From a virus (taxonomy: Duplodnaviria > Caudoviricetes): a DNA stretch of 58,889 bases. Below the pieces are notes generated by a model. The model made no database searches and was not told where the DNA came from. It was given only the letters and a program-made list of their open reading frames with translations. Shown here one piece after another: positions 36,507 through 46,697 of the stretch. The stretch lies in IMG/VR virus record IMGVR_UViG_3300007735_000764, positions 1-58,889 of that record; one strand, given 5' to 3'. Positions within the stretch are counted from its first letter, which is position 1; every line of letters starts with the position of its first letter. The position numbers were made by a program, and so were the translations under genes.

Positions 36507-38033
36507 TCAGGCCCTCTTTTCGAGATCATTCATGAGTTTGTAGAGCTTCTTGGCACCCTCGTGCCGGCTACCATTGCCTGCTCCACGAACGGCTTTGGCC
36601 GTCAAAACAAATTCGCCGTCGCTCAGCATAGCCGGGACATCGTCGCTAGTGCCCGTGCCTGGACCAGAAATGTGGCCACCAGACGCAGCAAAGCGCGGTC
36701 CGTACATCATCGCGTTTCCAGTCGGAACGATCTGAGCATTGACCGGCTGGGCTTGGAAGTTAGCAACATTGAAGCCGTACTGAGCGGGGTTCTGCTGCAA
36801 GAGTTGCACGCCCGTTGGACCAAGGTCCGTGGGCGCTGCTGCTCCCTGCTTGCCCGAACCGCCAAAGGCCATGCCCGCTGCGCCTGCAAGACCAAGCGCC
36901 ATGAGCGGATTCTTCGCGACGAAGTTACCGACGCCGCCAAACAGATTGCCCAGTCCCCCGCTGACACCTGCCGCGTCGGTAGCGGCTTGGGCCATCGGGG
37001 CGCTAATAGCCACATCAGGGCGACCAACCGGGGGAAGGGGAACGGTGGCGCGAACGGCATTAGAAGCCGTGGACGCCGCCCCGGTAGTGGGATCGACTCC
37101 GACGGTGGGGTTAGCCCCGCTAGGACCAGATTGAAACAAGGAAGCTGCATTCTCTGCGCCTTCGGCTCCTGTCGCTCCGCCCGAGAACAAGCCGGACAGT
37201 CCACCCGGTGCAAACTGAGACGCGGCATACCCGCCAAGACCACCAAGGGCCGCGGACAAAAGAGCTTGCCCCGGCTTCTGACCAGCAATCAAGCCACCGA
37301 CACCCGCACCAACCGCACCAAGAATGGTGCTGCCGGCCGTCGCAGCAGCAGCTCCGGAGAAGCCGACAGCAGCACCGAGTGCAGGGCCAATGCCGGGGAT
37401 AAAGCTCAAGGCCACCGGAAGAATGACCGGCGCGGCCTTTTTCAAGAAGCTGCCGACCTTGGACCAGAAGCTCTTGTATTCAACAAGACCCGTTGCCGGG
37501 TTGATGGTGCCTGCGCCACCGGCCTGCTTCAGCATGGCAGCTTCACGCGGCGTGATGTGCGCCAGCATCGTGTCCCCGTGCCGACCAGCTTTCGCCACCT
37601 TCTTGGCCATATCGACCAGACCGCCCTTAGCAAAGGCAGGCATCTCGGCGCCCATCTCTTCGCCTTGCATAGCGGTGACAATCATCTGGCGAAGAATAGC
37701 GTAGAAGGTCGGGATGTAATCAGCAGGAAGATCGCCAGGTTCAACAATCCCGCGCGAGATCAGATTGCGCACAGATTGCTTATAGTTCCCAGCGTTCTGC
37801 ATGATATAGTCAACGCCGCCGAGGAAGTCCTTCAACTCGGGCAGCGAAAATTCTTTAAGATCGTCGGACAGCTCACGGAGCTGGGTTATCTCATCCTGAG
37901 ATACTTTGGTCAGCAGACGGCCAAGCGTTGCCGCTTCTTGGGCGGACAAGGCTCCGATGGCTGGTTCTTCTGCCCCGCCGGGGGCCATGCCGCTAGGAAG
38001 TGCTGCGATACCCTGCATACCTAATGTCCTCAA
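36507..38033 (-). CDS. Internal virion protein with GR.GDT and GPGT..SD domains
   Basis: GRHGDTMLAHITPREA...GTINPATGLVEY; hydrophobic Gly/Ala segment; GPGTGTSDDVPAMLSDGEFVLTAKAV. True start may be 38018. Confidence 0.75.
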   Translation of the reverse strand: MRTLGMQGIAALPSGMAPGGAEEPAIGALSAQEAATLGRLLTKVSQDEITQLRELSDDLKEFSLPELKDFLGGVDYIMQNAGNYKQSVRNLISRGIVEPGDLPADYIPTFYAILRQMIVTAMQGEEMGAEMPAFAKGGLVDMAKKVAKAGRHGDTMLAHITPREAAMLKQAGGAGTINPATGLVEYKSFWSKVGSFLKKAAPVILPVALSFIPGIGPALGAAVGFSGAAAATAGSTILGAVGAGVGGLIAGQKPGQALLSAALGGLGGYAASQFAPGGLSGLFSGGATGAEGAENAASLFQSGPSGANPTVGVDPTTGAASTASNAVRATVPLPPVGRPDVAISAPMAQAATDAAGVSGGLGNLFGGVGNFVAKNPLMALGLAGAAGMAFGGSGKQGAAAPTDLGPTGVQLLQQNPAQYGFNVANFQAQPVNAQIVPTGNAMMYGPRFAASGGHISGPGTGTSDDVPAMLSDGEFVLTAKAVRGAGNGSRHEGAKKLYKLMNDLEKRA

Positions 38034-38086
38034 TTGGGTAAAAGCAGGGGCCGTACTCCTGAAATCGGCCCCTCAACCTACCCTTT

Positions 38087-38380
38087 TTACACCGTCACAG
38101 CAACCGTTCCGACCGCACCTGTAGCAGAAGTGCCTGCCAGAAAAGCCTTGTATAACACGCTCACATAAAGGACCCCGTCTACTTGGAACGTGGTCCCCGG
38201 CTCAAGGCCCTGATCGTTCGTGGGCAAGTCCGTCAAGACGATAATGGTCTGTCGTCCTTCGCCCGGTGTGATCAGGACTCGCGTCAGACGATTCAGCGCA
38301 CCCATCAGATCGTTGAAGTAGACCTGTGAGTAGTTGGCCGGAGCCGCTGGAAAGAGCGGTAGCTGGACCCGAACATCCAT
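38087..38380 (-). CDS. Small tail-associated protein
   Basis: TAATG coupling; LP..PANYSQ.Y; C-terminal SATGAVGTV.V. Confidence 0.75.
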   Translation of the reverse strand: MDVRVQLPLFPAAPANYSQVYFNDLMGALNRLTRVLITPGEGRQTIIVLTDLPTNDQGLEPGTTFQVDGVLYVSVLYKAFLAGTSATGAVGTVAVTV

Positions 38381-40251
38381 TAGCGTCGCCCATCCGGTAT
38401 GAGGTCAAGACGTGGGCTGCCCAAACGCCAGCCCATCTCAGCTTCATTGCTCTCGACGCGCATCACAACGGAGCGCCCGCGCAAACGAACGAAGCACTGA
38501 TTGGTGTACTGCTCAATCGGAACACGAGCGGTACGAGTCACAGGAGACGAATCCGTTTGGGTGTAGTTCTGCCCTGGATAGTCCTGCATCTTGAGGCTCA
38601 TCGTCACCGTCGGGCTGACGGCATCCACGCCTTGGATTGCAAGATCGGGGATGATGCGGCGGAGCAGCATGAACTGATCGCCGTCACCGATATCAATGGG
38701 CGAACTTTCAATGAAGGCCGGGAGCGGGCCGGGGGGATTTGTGCTGCCGTCGCTGCGCCCCAACTCATGGTTGTACATGTAGTTGTAGGTCTCGCCCGTC
38801 GTCGTTGCGACAGGATAAGTTCGCAGGCCGCGATCAATCCACGCCGTGCGGGACAGCGTGCCGTAGGTCCACGCCTTTTCCTGATAGTTGAACGTGACGT
38901 AGCTATCGTTTTCCTCAGAATCCAAGGACGGATAAAACCACGTCACCTCGTTGAACGAAGAGTTCAAGGAAGCAAACACCTTGTCGCTTTGGGCGGTGTT
39001 CAAGTCGTGGAACACAAACTCCTTCAGCGGGCATTCGATCTGTAAGGTCTGGCCGCTGTAGGCGTAGAAGTTGTCTTTGCCCATCCAGAAGACGTTGTCG
39101 TCCACCGCCACGGCGGAGTTGTACCCCATCAGCGTGACGTTAGACGAGATCTGTTCGACACCAAACGTGTAGGGCGGACCAATGAATTGCAGCGAATAGA
39201 GCGCCGAATCGGTGAAGACCAGAACGGCACGCTTGGTTTCGACAGCACGGATGATCTCACTGCCGTTGCCCAAGCGCAGGTCACCCGCCGTATTGGTGGG
39301 AGCAGGGGTCCAAAGATAGGGATCTTCCTGACCGCTGAACCGGATGCTCATCGGGTCCTGAACGCCGTCTCCGTAGTCGGCACCAAACACCATGACATGC
39401 CGATCACGGTCAGAGACCAGAACCTGCTTGGCAATCGTCGGGCACATCGGGTCAGACGAAAGGCTATCAAGTTCGACGCCGCGCGTTGTAATGCTGGACC
39501 CGGTAACCCCCGAAGCGTCCCAATAATAAATGCCGCCGTTACGGATGCAGAAGATCAGGTCTTCACCGTAGTTGTCTTGCGACCAAATACGGAGGGTGTT
39601 CGTGGCTGAAACCGTTGTGGCACTGCCCCACGTACCACGGCCCCAAGTGCCGGCGCCCCAGCCGACACCGCCAACCTGCGTATCTAGGCCGGTGTTGATT
39701 TCATAGGTGGCCGTAACCGGGTTCCCGCCGTTGCCCGTATCGGAAGCATTGGCTGTAACGGAGAGGGTAACTTCGTACTGGCTGCTGCTGTTAACCTTGG
39801 AGACCTGATAAGTCCGATTCAAGATGCCTGCCGTCACATTGCCGCCGAGGGACGACGCACCCGAGAAGGTGACGAAGTCGTTTTCAACAGCGCCATGAGC
39901 CACGTCATTTACGACGAGCGTGCTCGAACCGTTCGTGGCAACAAACGGATTGTTCAAAGAAGCTGTGGCGCGGATAGGGGTGACATTATAAAATTGCCCG
40001 CCCCATTCAATGTAGTAGCGAAGGTTTGTTCCCACAGCCATGTAGTCATGGCTATCCAAACTCATCCAGTTATGGAGAGCACGGCAAGACCCTTGGAAGG
40101 TGTAGGTGGATGCCTTCTGCCAGCCACCAATAGTTTCCGGGAAACCAAGGCGGAAGCGAACGAGGTTACTGGACCTCCAACCGCCTTCATTGGTGTAGGC
40201 CGTCTGATCCCTAACAACCCCTGGGCGTAGCTGGATTTTCTGTAGGGCCAT
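38380..40251 (-). CDS. Tail nozzle / packaged-DNA stabilisation protein (P22 gp10-like)
   Basis: VRFRLGFPETIGGW, WSQDNYGEDL, IRFS.QE...W, F.EVTWFYPS, WRLGSPRLD..PDGRR. Confidence 0.75.
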   Translation of the reverse strand: MALQKIQLRPGVVRDQTAYTNEGGWRSSNLVRFRLGFPETIGGWQKASTYTFQGSCRALHNWMSLDSHDYMAVGTNLRYYIEWGGQFYNVTPIRATASLNNPFVATNGSSTLVVNDVAHGAVENDFVTFSGASSLGGNVTAGILNRTYQVSKVNSSSQYEVTLSVTANASDTGNGGNPVTATYEINTGLDTQVGGVGWGAGTWGRGTWGSATTVSATNTLRIWSQDNYGEDLIFCIRNGGIYYWDASGVTGSSITTRGVELDSLSSDPMCPTIAKQVLVSDRDRHVMVFGADYGDGVQDPMSIRFSGQEDPYLWTPAPTNTAGDLRLGNGSEIIRAVETKRAVLVFTDSALYSLQFIGPPYTFGVEQISSNVTLMGYNSAVAVDDNVFWMGKDNFYAYSGQTLQIECPLKEFVFHDLNTAQSDKVFASLNSSFNEVTWFYPSLDSEENDSYVTFNYQEKAWTYGTLSRTAWIDRGLRTYPVATTTGETYNYMYNHELGRSDGSTNPPGPLPAFIESSPIDIGDGDQFMLLRRIIPDLAIQGVDAVSPTVTMSLKMQDYPGQNYTQTDSSPVTRTARVPIEQYTNQCFVRLRGRSVVMRVESNEAEMGWRLGSPRLDLIPDGRR

Positions 40252-40273
40252 CTTTGCTCACGCCTATGGAGGA

Positions 40274-40813
40274 TTACGGGGTCACCGTAGCCCATACCTC
40301 GTCAGGTTCAACCGGCCAAGATTGTACCACAACCGGGGGGTTGATGGCGATGGCGCGGAGCTGATTGCGGTATTCAAGAAAGGCCGCTTGGTTGGCCAGA
40401 TACGGATTGGACTGAGCGGGGTCCGCAACTGTCGGAATGGCTGTCCAGTCGGAAGCCGACAGGAGAGAGGAAGCCTGCTGCTTGTTGGCCTGCTTGCGCT
40501 GGTCGTCGTAGTAAGCCTGCTGCTCAGGATCGTATGTTCCAACAACCCATGTCTGATACCACTGGCCGCGCGTCTCTTCTGGCGCACCCTGCACAACGTA
40601 TTGCGTCAAAGGGTCATACGGAGGTTGTGGTGATTCCAGCACTGGAAACAGTTGGTAGCCCCGTTCCGTAGCCGCATTAGTCTGAGGAAACCAGTAAGCC
40701 ACATCCTGATTATCGCCAAAGTTGGTGTACGGGTTCTCTGCCTGCAAATCAGAGAATGTGTACGGGTAAGCGATGATTTGATTCTGTGCGTTTAGTTCAA
40801 CGTAGTTTGTCAT
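40274..40813 (-). CDS. Tail fibre assembly chaperone-like protein
   Basis: YPY...L..ENP, P.YDP.TQ, LL.ASDWT, YR.QLR...WP; follows the fibre gene. Confidence 0.7.
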   Translation of the reverse strand: MTNYVELNAQNQIIAYPYTFSDLQAENPYTNFGDNQDVAYWFPQTNAATERGYQLFPVLESPQPPYDPLTQYVVQGAPEETRGQWYQTWVVGTYDPEQQAYYDDQRKQANKQQASSLLSASDWTAIPTVADPAQSNPYLANQAAFLEYRNQLRAIAINPPVVVQSWPVEPDEVWATVTP

Positions 40814-40824
40814 TGTCCTACCCT

Positions 40825-43800
40825 CTACGCGATGGCTAGAAAGATGTATGTGCCGCCGTTGTTGTTTATTGAGCTAGTTCCAGCAGTAACTTGAAACCCA
40901 CCCGTCGTAGTAAAAACATCATCATAATTTTGTTCGGCAGTTATATCATTAGGCGTTATGCGAAGATCATTTCCGGATATCATCCCGCGCGCCGTGTCCC
41001 AAATCCACCAATTATCTGTGTTTGATGCAGTGGCGTTTTTAATCATTACAAATCTTGCTCCCCCAGAAAAGCCGCAACTAATTGTTTGCGTCCCGCCATT
41101 TCCTGTATAGGAACCGACCTTCGATACGCCAGCGCATGTTGCAAATAAATATGCAACATAAGTGTTTCCAGAAGCATTTACTTGGCTTCCTGTTCCAACC
41201 GAAAAAACGGACGCTGTTGGCGTAGTATTGTTCCAAGCTGTAGAGCTTGTTTGTGGAGCACCTGCCCCGTTAAAAATCATGTATTTTGTATTTCCGAGCG
41301 CGGAATGATAAGCCCACCAATCTAAGCCTGAGTTTCTGCACTTTACAATCATCATTTCTGGGGCGATACCAAGGTTGTGGCTTATCGTGGTATTGCTTCC
41401 GGAACCTGAATAACAGACACTGTCATATACTTGCGGCGCTCTTCTAAACATCCAATAAATAGATGAGGTACTTACACCGAGCTGAGATACAAAAAAATCA
41501 TCTTGAAACCCTGTGTTTGCATTACTCGCATTGTAATAAACAGGATCCGTTCCGAGAGCGGTGTTCTCAGATGCAGTTGCGTTAGTTCTTAAAAGAGGCG
41601 TATTGCCACGTAACCTATCTGTTACCCAAGTAGAAGTTGTCGCAGATCTATTTCTTTGAGCTTGAATAACGGTGTCCGTTACAAACCCGGAGGTTACGGT
41701 TGTCAGCCCACTGGGAGTTTGAACAACGGGTCTAAACACCGTCGTTGCATCCGTAGGCACCTTCATAGGGCCACGGCGGATAGCCATGTAGATGAATGTT
41801 TGCGGTGTAGCGCCCCACCCAGATAACTGAAAACCAGTAGCCAATGGATTAGCATATCCATAGCTTTGTGATTCTGCTCCAGCAGTGTTTGCGCTTAAAA
41901 GTGCTTCTGTGTTTGTTGTTCCATTTAATGCTGCATTTCCCCTCATGCTATCAAGCATAACCCAACCGCCAGTGCTGACAGTTTTTATCAAAACAAATTG
42001 TGGTTCATACCCAAGGTTAACAGTAGCAACACCAGATGAGTTTGTTGTTACCGATCCACAGCTAATAACATTCTGCGTTCCGTCTAAGCCAAAGCCTCCT
42101 GCGTCGTGGGCAAAGAGATAAGCGACGTAGGTGTCGCCGTTAGTATTTACGCTATCGTCATTATTAACTGTAAATTGTGTTGATGTTGGAGCTGTACTTG
42201 CCCATCTTCCACCACCTTGGGCGACAGATAAATTTAAATAAATTGCAAAATTTTGGGGGTTTACTCCACCGTTTAATCCACGATGATAAACTGCCCAATT
42301 TGTCGCGCCTGTTGATGTACATTTAAAAATAATCATCCCCGGAACGGATTCAAGGTTATGATTTATTTGGCGGTTAGATGATCCATTACCGGTATAGGTA
42401 ACTACATCAAAAAATTTAGGAGCTTTTCTCCATGTCCATGAAGCATAAGTAGCAGAGCTTGTATTGATTTTAGCAAGAGAGCCAATGTTAAAACCAGATG
42501 CGGTAAAGGAGGTTAACCCCGTAGTTTGGGTTGTTTGTGCGGCTGTTGAGTTAGAAACAAGATCAAACGTCGCGCCACGGGCAGTGTCATACAAAGCATG
42601 ATCTGTGGCTGCACTGCGTGATTTTATCCATACAAGGCCACCCGTGCCGGTGATGGAAGATTGGGTTGCAATAGAAGAGGTAGCGGCTCCGGCGCTATCC
42701 GTAGCGGTTCCTGCCGCATCCACAGCAGGCCCAGCGGCATCCGTACCGCTATTAGCGCCTTCTGATAGCGTGCTTGTTGCGCTTGTTGCAGAACCGGGGA
42801 TCATTGTAACAAACGCGTTCCCGGATAAAGTAGTCCCATCCTGCGCTAATTTTACTATATAAAAATAAGAAACACCGTCGTTGGACTGTCCAACAGAATA
42901 CACGTTTCCGGAACTGTCAGCTTTAATACCAAATCCATTGCTACTCACACCGGGAGTAAATATTTTTCTTTGCCACTGTATGGTTCCGGAGGAATTATAT
43001 TTTGCAACTATTGTATAAACGAGACTTGCTGAATCTTGCAAAATACCGGTAATGTAAATATTACCTGATGAATCCGTAGTTATGGCGTTGCCATAACTAC
43101 CGGAGTAGGTAGCATCAATTAAAGTTCTTTGCCATTGAATAACACCCGATGTGTTGTATTTTGCCAAAAGAATTTTTGCGGACGAGTCCCCTTTTCCGAC
43201 GACATAAATGTTGTCAGATGAATCTACGGTTACGGCTCTCCCATCTCCGTTAGAGGAGTCTAACACCCGTTGCCATTGAATAGCCCCTGATGAATTGTAT
43301 TTATTTATAGAAAATCCAGCGTTATTTCCAACAGTATAGACATTCAAAGAAGAATCTACTGATACACCGTACCCGCTCTGAGTAACAGCACCAACGTTAA
43401 ATCTTCTCTGCCACTGAATGGTTCCAGAAGAGTTATATTTTGCAACAACGGAATAGGTAGAGGTGTCATATGTGCCAATTACATATACATTTGAAGAGGA
43501 ATCAACCGCCATACCGTTGGGGGTGAAAGTCGAAGTCGAAGCATGAGACAATTTTCTTTGCCACTGCAAAGAACCTGATGTGTCGTATTTCAACAATGCC
43601 GCATAATTTGAAGTCCCATTGTTAGCTATTCCAACTACATAGACGTTTCCAGAGCCATCGACGCTTACACGTCCGCTAGAAGAAGCGTTTTGACGAATTT
43701 TTCTTTGCCACTGTAGTGACCCAGAAGAATCATACTTTGCCAAAAGAATATAGTTTGTTCCATCATTAGATGTTCCGGCAACGTAAACATTGCCCGTAGA

Positions 43801-44028
43801 ATCAATAGAAACGCTTCTTCCAAGCCCGCTATTTTCACGGAGTTTTACCGTGTACCAAGAAGCCGTGTCGGAAAGCGCAATATTATTACCGATTGTTTGT
43901 GTAAAACCACTACCCGTATATAGGTATGTGGAAAAATAATCTTCGATATACTTTACGCTTGCACCGGACTGAGCAAACTGACCGAAGCCCCGTGACGATG
44001 CTGCACCGAGAGTGGAAATGAGCGGCAT
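40825..44028 (-). CDS. Receptor-binding tail fibre with beta-propeller repeats
   Basis: About six DSSGNVY...AKYNSSG.IQWQR repeats, then duplicated YTGNG...HNL...P.M.I.K...W..YH modules; ends YIFLAIA; AT-rich. Confidence 0.8.
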   Translation of the reverse strand: MPLISTLGAASSRGFGQFAQSGASVKYIEDYFSTYLYTGSGFTQTIGNNIALSDTASWYTVKLRENSGLGRSVSIDSTGNVYVAGTSNDGTNYILLAKYDSSGSLQWQRKIRQNASSSGRVSVDGSGNVYVVGIANNGTSNYAALLKYDTSGSLQWQRKLSHASTSTFTPNGMAVDSSSNVYVIGTYDTSTYSVVAKYNSSGTIQWQRRFNVGAVTQSGYGVSVDSSLNVYTVGNNAGFSINKYNSSGAIQWQRVLDSSNGDGRAVTVDSSDNIYVVGKGDSSAKILLAKYNTSGVIQWQRTLIDATYSGSYGNAITTDSSGNIYITGILQDSASLVYTIVAKYNSSGTIQWQRKIFTPGVSSNGFGIKADSSGNVYSVGQSNDGVSYFYIVKLAQDGTTLSGNAFVTMIPGSATSATSTLSEGANSGTDAAGPAVDAAGTATDSAGAATSSIATQSSITGTGGLVWIKSRSAATDHALYDTARGATFDLVSNSTAAQTTQTTGLTSFTASGFNIGSLAKINTSSATYASWTWRKAPKFFDVVTYTGNGSSNRQINHNLESVPGMIIFKCTSTGATNWAVYHRGLNGGVNPQNFAIYLNLSVAQGGGRWASTAPTSTQFTVNNDDSVNTNGDTYVAYLFAHDAGGFGLDGTQNVISCGSVTTNSSGVATVNLGYEPQFVLIKTVSTGGWVMLDSMRGNAALNGTTNTEALLSANTAGAESQSYGYANPLATGFQLSGWGATPQTFIYMAIRRGPMKVPTDATTVFRPVVQTPSGLTTVTSGFVTDTVIQAQRNRSATTSTWVTDRLRGNTPLLRTNATASENTALGTDPVYYNASNANTGFQDDFFVSQLGVSTSSIYWMFRRAPQVYDSVCYSGSGSNTTISHNLGIAPEMMIVKCRNSGLDWWAYHSALGNTKYMIFNGAGAPQTSSTAWNNTTPTASVFSVGTGSQVNASGNTYVAYLFATCAGVSKVGSYTGNGGTQTISCGFSGGARFVMIKNATASNTDNWWIWDTARGMISGNDLRITPNDITAEQNYDDVFTTTGGFQVTAGTSSINNNGGTYIFLAIA

Positions 44029-44043
44029 TACTCTAGCCTCTTG

Positions 44044-45420
44044 TTACGCGAACTTCGTTTGCGAAGCGAAAACGGTGAAGGCTGCGGAGCCTGTCTTTAC
44101 AATGGTAAAGACATAGGCATCCACGGAACTTGCGTTGCCAGACGTTGGGGCGGAACCGCCCTGCCATTCTGGTGTGACAGAAGACCCGTCAACTCGGACA
44201 GCGGAGTTGTAGTAGGCTGTTCCACCGTTTGTATTAAGGAAAGCCACCGTAACGCTGTCGCCCGTATTCATCGCCGTGTTCAACGTCGTGCCGCTGCTAG
44301 CGCGGAAGTTGAGCGTGAAGTTACCCGAGGCATTGGTGGTGTAATACAGCACGGCTTGCGTTGTGATGTCGAAGTTGATTGTACCAGTTGCGGCCGTGGC
44401 CGAAACTGTCGCCAACTCGGCGGCGTTTTCGATACCCATGGCAAGGACAGAAGTGGATCCTTGGAATGTCTGACGCGCCGTGAAAGTGTTGGCCGTCGAG
44501 GTAGAGAGCGCCGATGCCCAAGACAAAGTCGCGGACCCGTTCGTAGACAAGACCTGCCCGCTAGTGCCGTCCGCCGAAGGGAGCGTATAGGTCGTGCTGC
44601 CCGCCGCCGAAGCCGGGGCCAAGCCAACGTAACCAGAGGACGAACCGGAAAGGCGGAGTGTGCCCTTCACATCCAGCTTTGAACCAGGCGTAGCCGTACC
44701 GATGCCGACAGCGTCGGCAGAGGCGTCAGCCGTGATCAGGTTTGCGTCGGTGTCGCCTTCGACGCGGAAGTCCTTATCCGCTCCCGCTTCGTTAATGACG
44801 ACCGCCCCGTTGAGTGACGAATCGCCAGACACGTCCAGCTTTACAGTGGGGGTGTTCGTGCCGATGCCAACACGATCCGTGGAGGCGTCGGCAAAAATTA
44901 AGTTTGCGTCACCGTCACCTTCGACACGGAAGTCCTTGTCCGCCCCGCTCTCATTAACGACGACAGCGCCATCCAAGGAGATGTTGCCGGTGAATGTCGG
45001 ATCCGTGGTGTCGTTGACGTTTGCTGCCAACTCGACGTTCGTGCCATCGCAATAGACCAGTGCCGTCGTGCCATTGGCGACAGACACTCCGGTGCCGGCC
45101 GATGTCTTGATCGTAATGGCGAAGCCACCCGTGGTGGAGTTCTTTACGACATAAACCTTTTGGCTGCTGGGGCAGATCACGTTACGTGCTGCCGTCAACG
45201 TACCGGCCATGACCAACACCGCCTTACGGGACTGGTCGGTCGCGCCGTCGGCAACTGTCAGCGTATAGTTGGCATCCGACATGGTAATAGCGGCAACGCC
45301 GGCAATCGCCTCATCAATGAGGGTGCCAAGGTTGGTGTTTGTTGTATCGCCCCAGATACCGGACTGTTCACCGGTTCCGATCAGCTCAATTCGTAAGCGG
45401 CTTGAATATGTACTGGCCAT
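44044..45420 (-). CDS. Proximal tail fibre protein
   Basis: MASTYS..L.IELIGTGEQSG.WG.TTN.NL, duplicated NE.GADKDFRVEGD, VGIGT.TP...LDV, YTLPSADGTSGQVL. Confidence 0.8.
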   Translation of the reverse strand: MASTYSSRLRIELIGTGEQSGIWGDTTNTNLGTLIDEAIAGVAAITMSDANYTLTVADGATDQSRKAVLVMAGTLTAARNVICPSSQKVYVVKNSTTGGFAITIKTSAGTGVSVANGTTALVYCDGTNVELAANVNDTTDPTFTGNISLDGAVVVNESGADKDFRVEGDGDANLIFADASTDRVGIGTNTPTVKLDVSGDSSLNGAVVINEAGADKDFRVEGDTDANLITADASADAVGIGTATPGSKLDVKGTLRLSGSSSGYVGLAPASAAGSTTYTLPSADGTSGQVLSTNGSATLSWASALSTSTANTFTARQTFQGSTSVLAMGIENAAELATVSATAATGTINFDITTQAVLYYTTNASGNFTLNFRASSGTTLNTAMNTGDSVTVAFLNTNGGTAYYNSAVRVDGSSVTPEWQGGSAPTSGNASSVDAYVFTIVKTGSAAFTVFASQTKFA

Positions 45421-45430
45421 CGTGGAACCT

Positions 45431-46102
45431 TTATGCGGCTATCTGTGTCCAATTGGGGTTTTGCCCCGGAGAAACCTGTGCCCAAGAGGGGTTTTGATTG
45501 GGCGTGATATTACCCCAAACAAGGACGTTTGACACTAGGCCTTGAGCAGAAACACCCGTGACGTAGGCAGTTGCTCCGCCCGTAGCTACGGCAGATCCAA
45601 CAAGAGCTGTCCCCTCGACCCCCGTTACGAAGACGCGGTTAATGGATTTGGCTATGACGGTGCCAACATCCCCGGTTGCCGAAACGCCCGTGACCTCAAC
45701 ATTGGCTAGAGCGGTGACGGTTACGGAATCAACAAGGCCGTCTGCAAAGACCCCGGATACTTCGGCATTGCTGTCACCCTCGGCCGTGGCAGACCCAACG
45801 GATCCCGTGGCCTCCAGCCCCGTCACATCGACGTTGGCTTTCAGGCTGACGGTGACAGAGCCGACGGAACCCGTGGCAGAAACGCCCGATAGATCGGCAT
45901 TGGCCGTTGTAGTAACGGAGACGGAGCCTACAGAGGATGTCGCCCCAAGACCTGTGACTGGGACAACGGCCACGGCTGTGACCGTAACCGTCCCGACAGC
46001 GCCCGTAGCAAGACCAATAGCGACCGCGCCCTGGCCAAACGGGAGTTGACCCCATCCGGCAGAGCGCGACCAGCCTTCAAATGCTACGGTTGCATCAGCC
46101 AC
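45431..46102 (-). CDS. Virion structural protein with (V.GVSATG.VG.V) repeats
   Basis: About seven ~23-aa beta-repeats; GW...WG N-terminus. Confidence 0.75.
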   Translation of the reverse strand: MADATVAFEGWSRSAGWGQLPFGQGAVAIGLATGAVGTVTVTAVAVVPVTGLGATSSVGSVSVTTTANADLSGVSATGSVGSVTVSLKANVDVTGLEATGSVGSATAEGDSNAEVSGVFADGLVDSVTVTALANVEVTGVSATGDVGTVIAKSINRVFVTGVEGTALVGSAVATGGATAYVTGVSAQGLVSNVLVWGNITPNQNPSWAQVSPGQNPNWTQIAA

Positions 46103-46697
46103 TATTGGTCCTAAACCTCTGAGCCTTCGGCCTTGTTATGGCGCTGACCAAGTCCTCGCCTTTTGAGATCCTGCGATAGACAGATCCAGCCGACAGTCCG
46201 TAAACATCACACCAATCGTACAGGCATTTGGTAACTCCGTCTATCTCGACCCAAATGTTCTGACGCGTGTTTCTGGACTGCACCGAACGAACCGCCCACC
46301 TTACGTTATCTTTATAGTACCCCTTCGAGTTATCTATTCGGTCTATGCTATGTCGGTCTGAGGGAGGTTCCCCGACATCGGCAGAAAACACCGAAAAGTC
46401 TTCCCAAGAAGGATCGTAGTCTATCCCCCTACCCCCGTAGTTTTTGTAGGAGGGGTGTTTTTCATTTCGGCATCTTTGTCGCACATTCATCCAAGTGTTG
46501 TAGAGTTTGGTTCCGTGCTTGTTATGGGTGCGGCGATTGCCTGCTCTTTTGAGGTGGCCGCAGGAGCGGGTTCTTCCCGACTTCACCAGACTAGCTACGG
46601 CAGTGGTCTCCCGACCACAACTACAAACAAGCCGCCACAAAACCTTGTTGTGTTTGTTTTTTCCGGCTTTGCACAAAAACGTCAGTTCCCCGTACAT
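46095..46697 (-). CDS. HNH homing endonuclease (YGGRGI type)
   Basis: W...C.CG...SG.T.SCG, Y.TW....QRC, YGGRGI, SIDRIDNSKGY...NVRWA...Q.RN. Confidence 0.88.
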   Translation of the reverse strand: MYGELTFLCKAGKNKHNKVLWRLVCSCGRETTAVASLVKSGRTRSCGHLKRAGNRRTHNKHGTKLYNTWMNVRQRCRNEKHPSYKNYGGRGIDYDPSWEDFSVFSADVGEPPSDRHSIDRIDNSKGYYKDNVRWAVRSVQSRNTRQNIWVEIDGVTKCLYDWCDVYGLSAGSVYRRISKGEDLVSAITRPKAQRFRTNSG

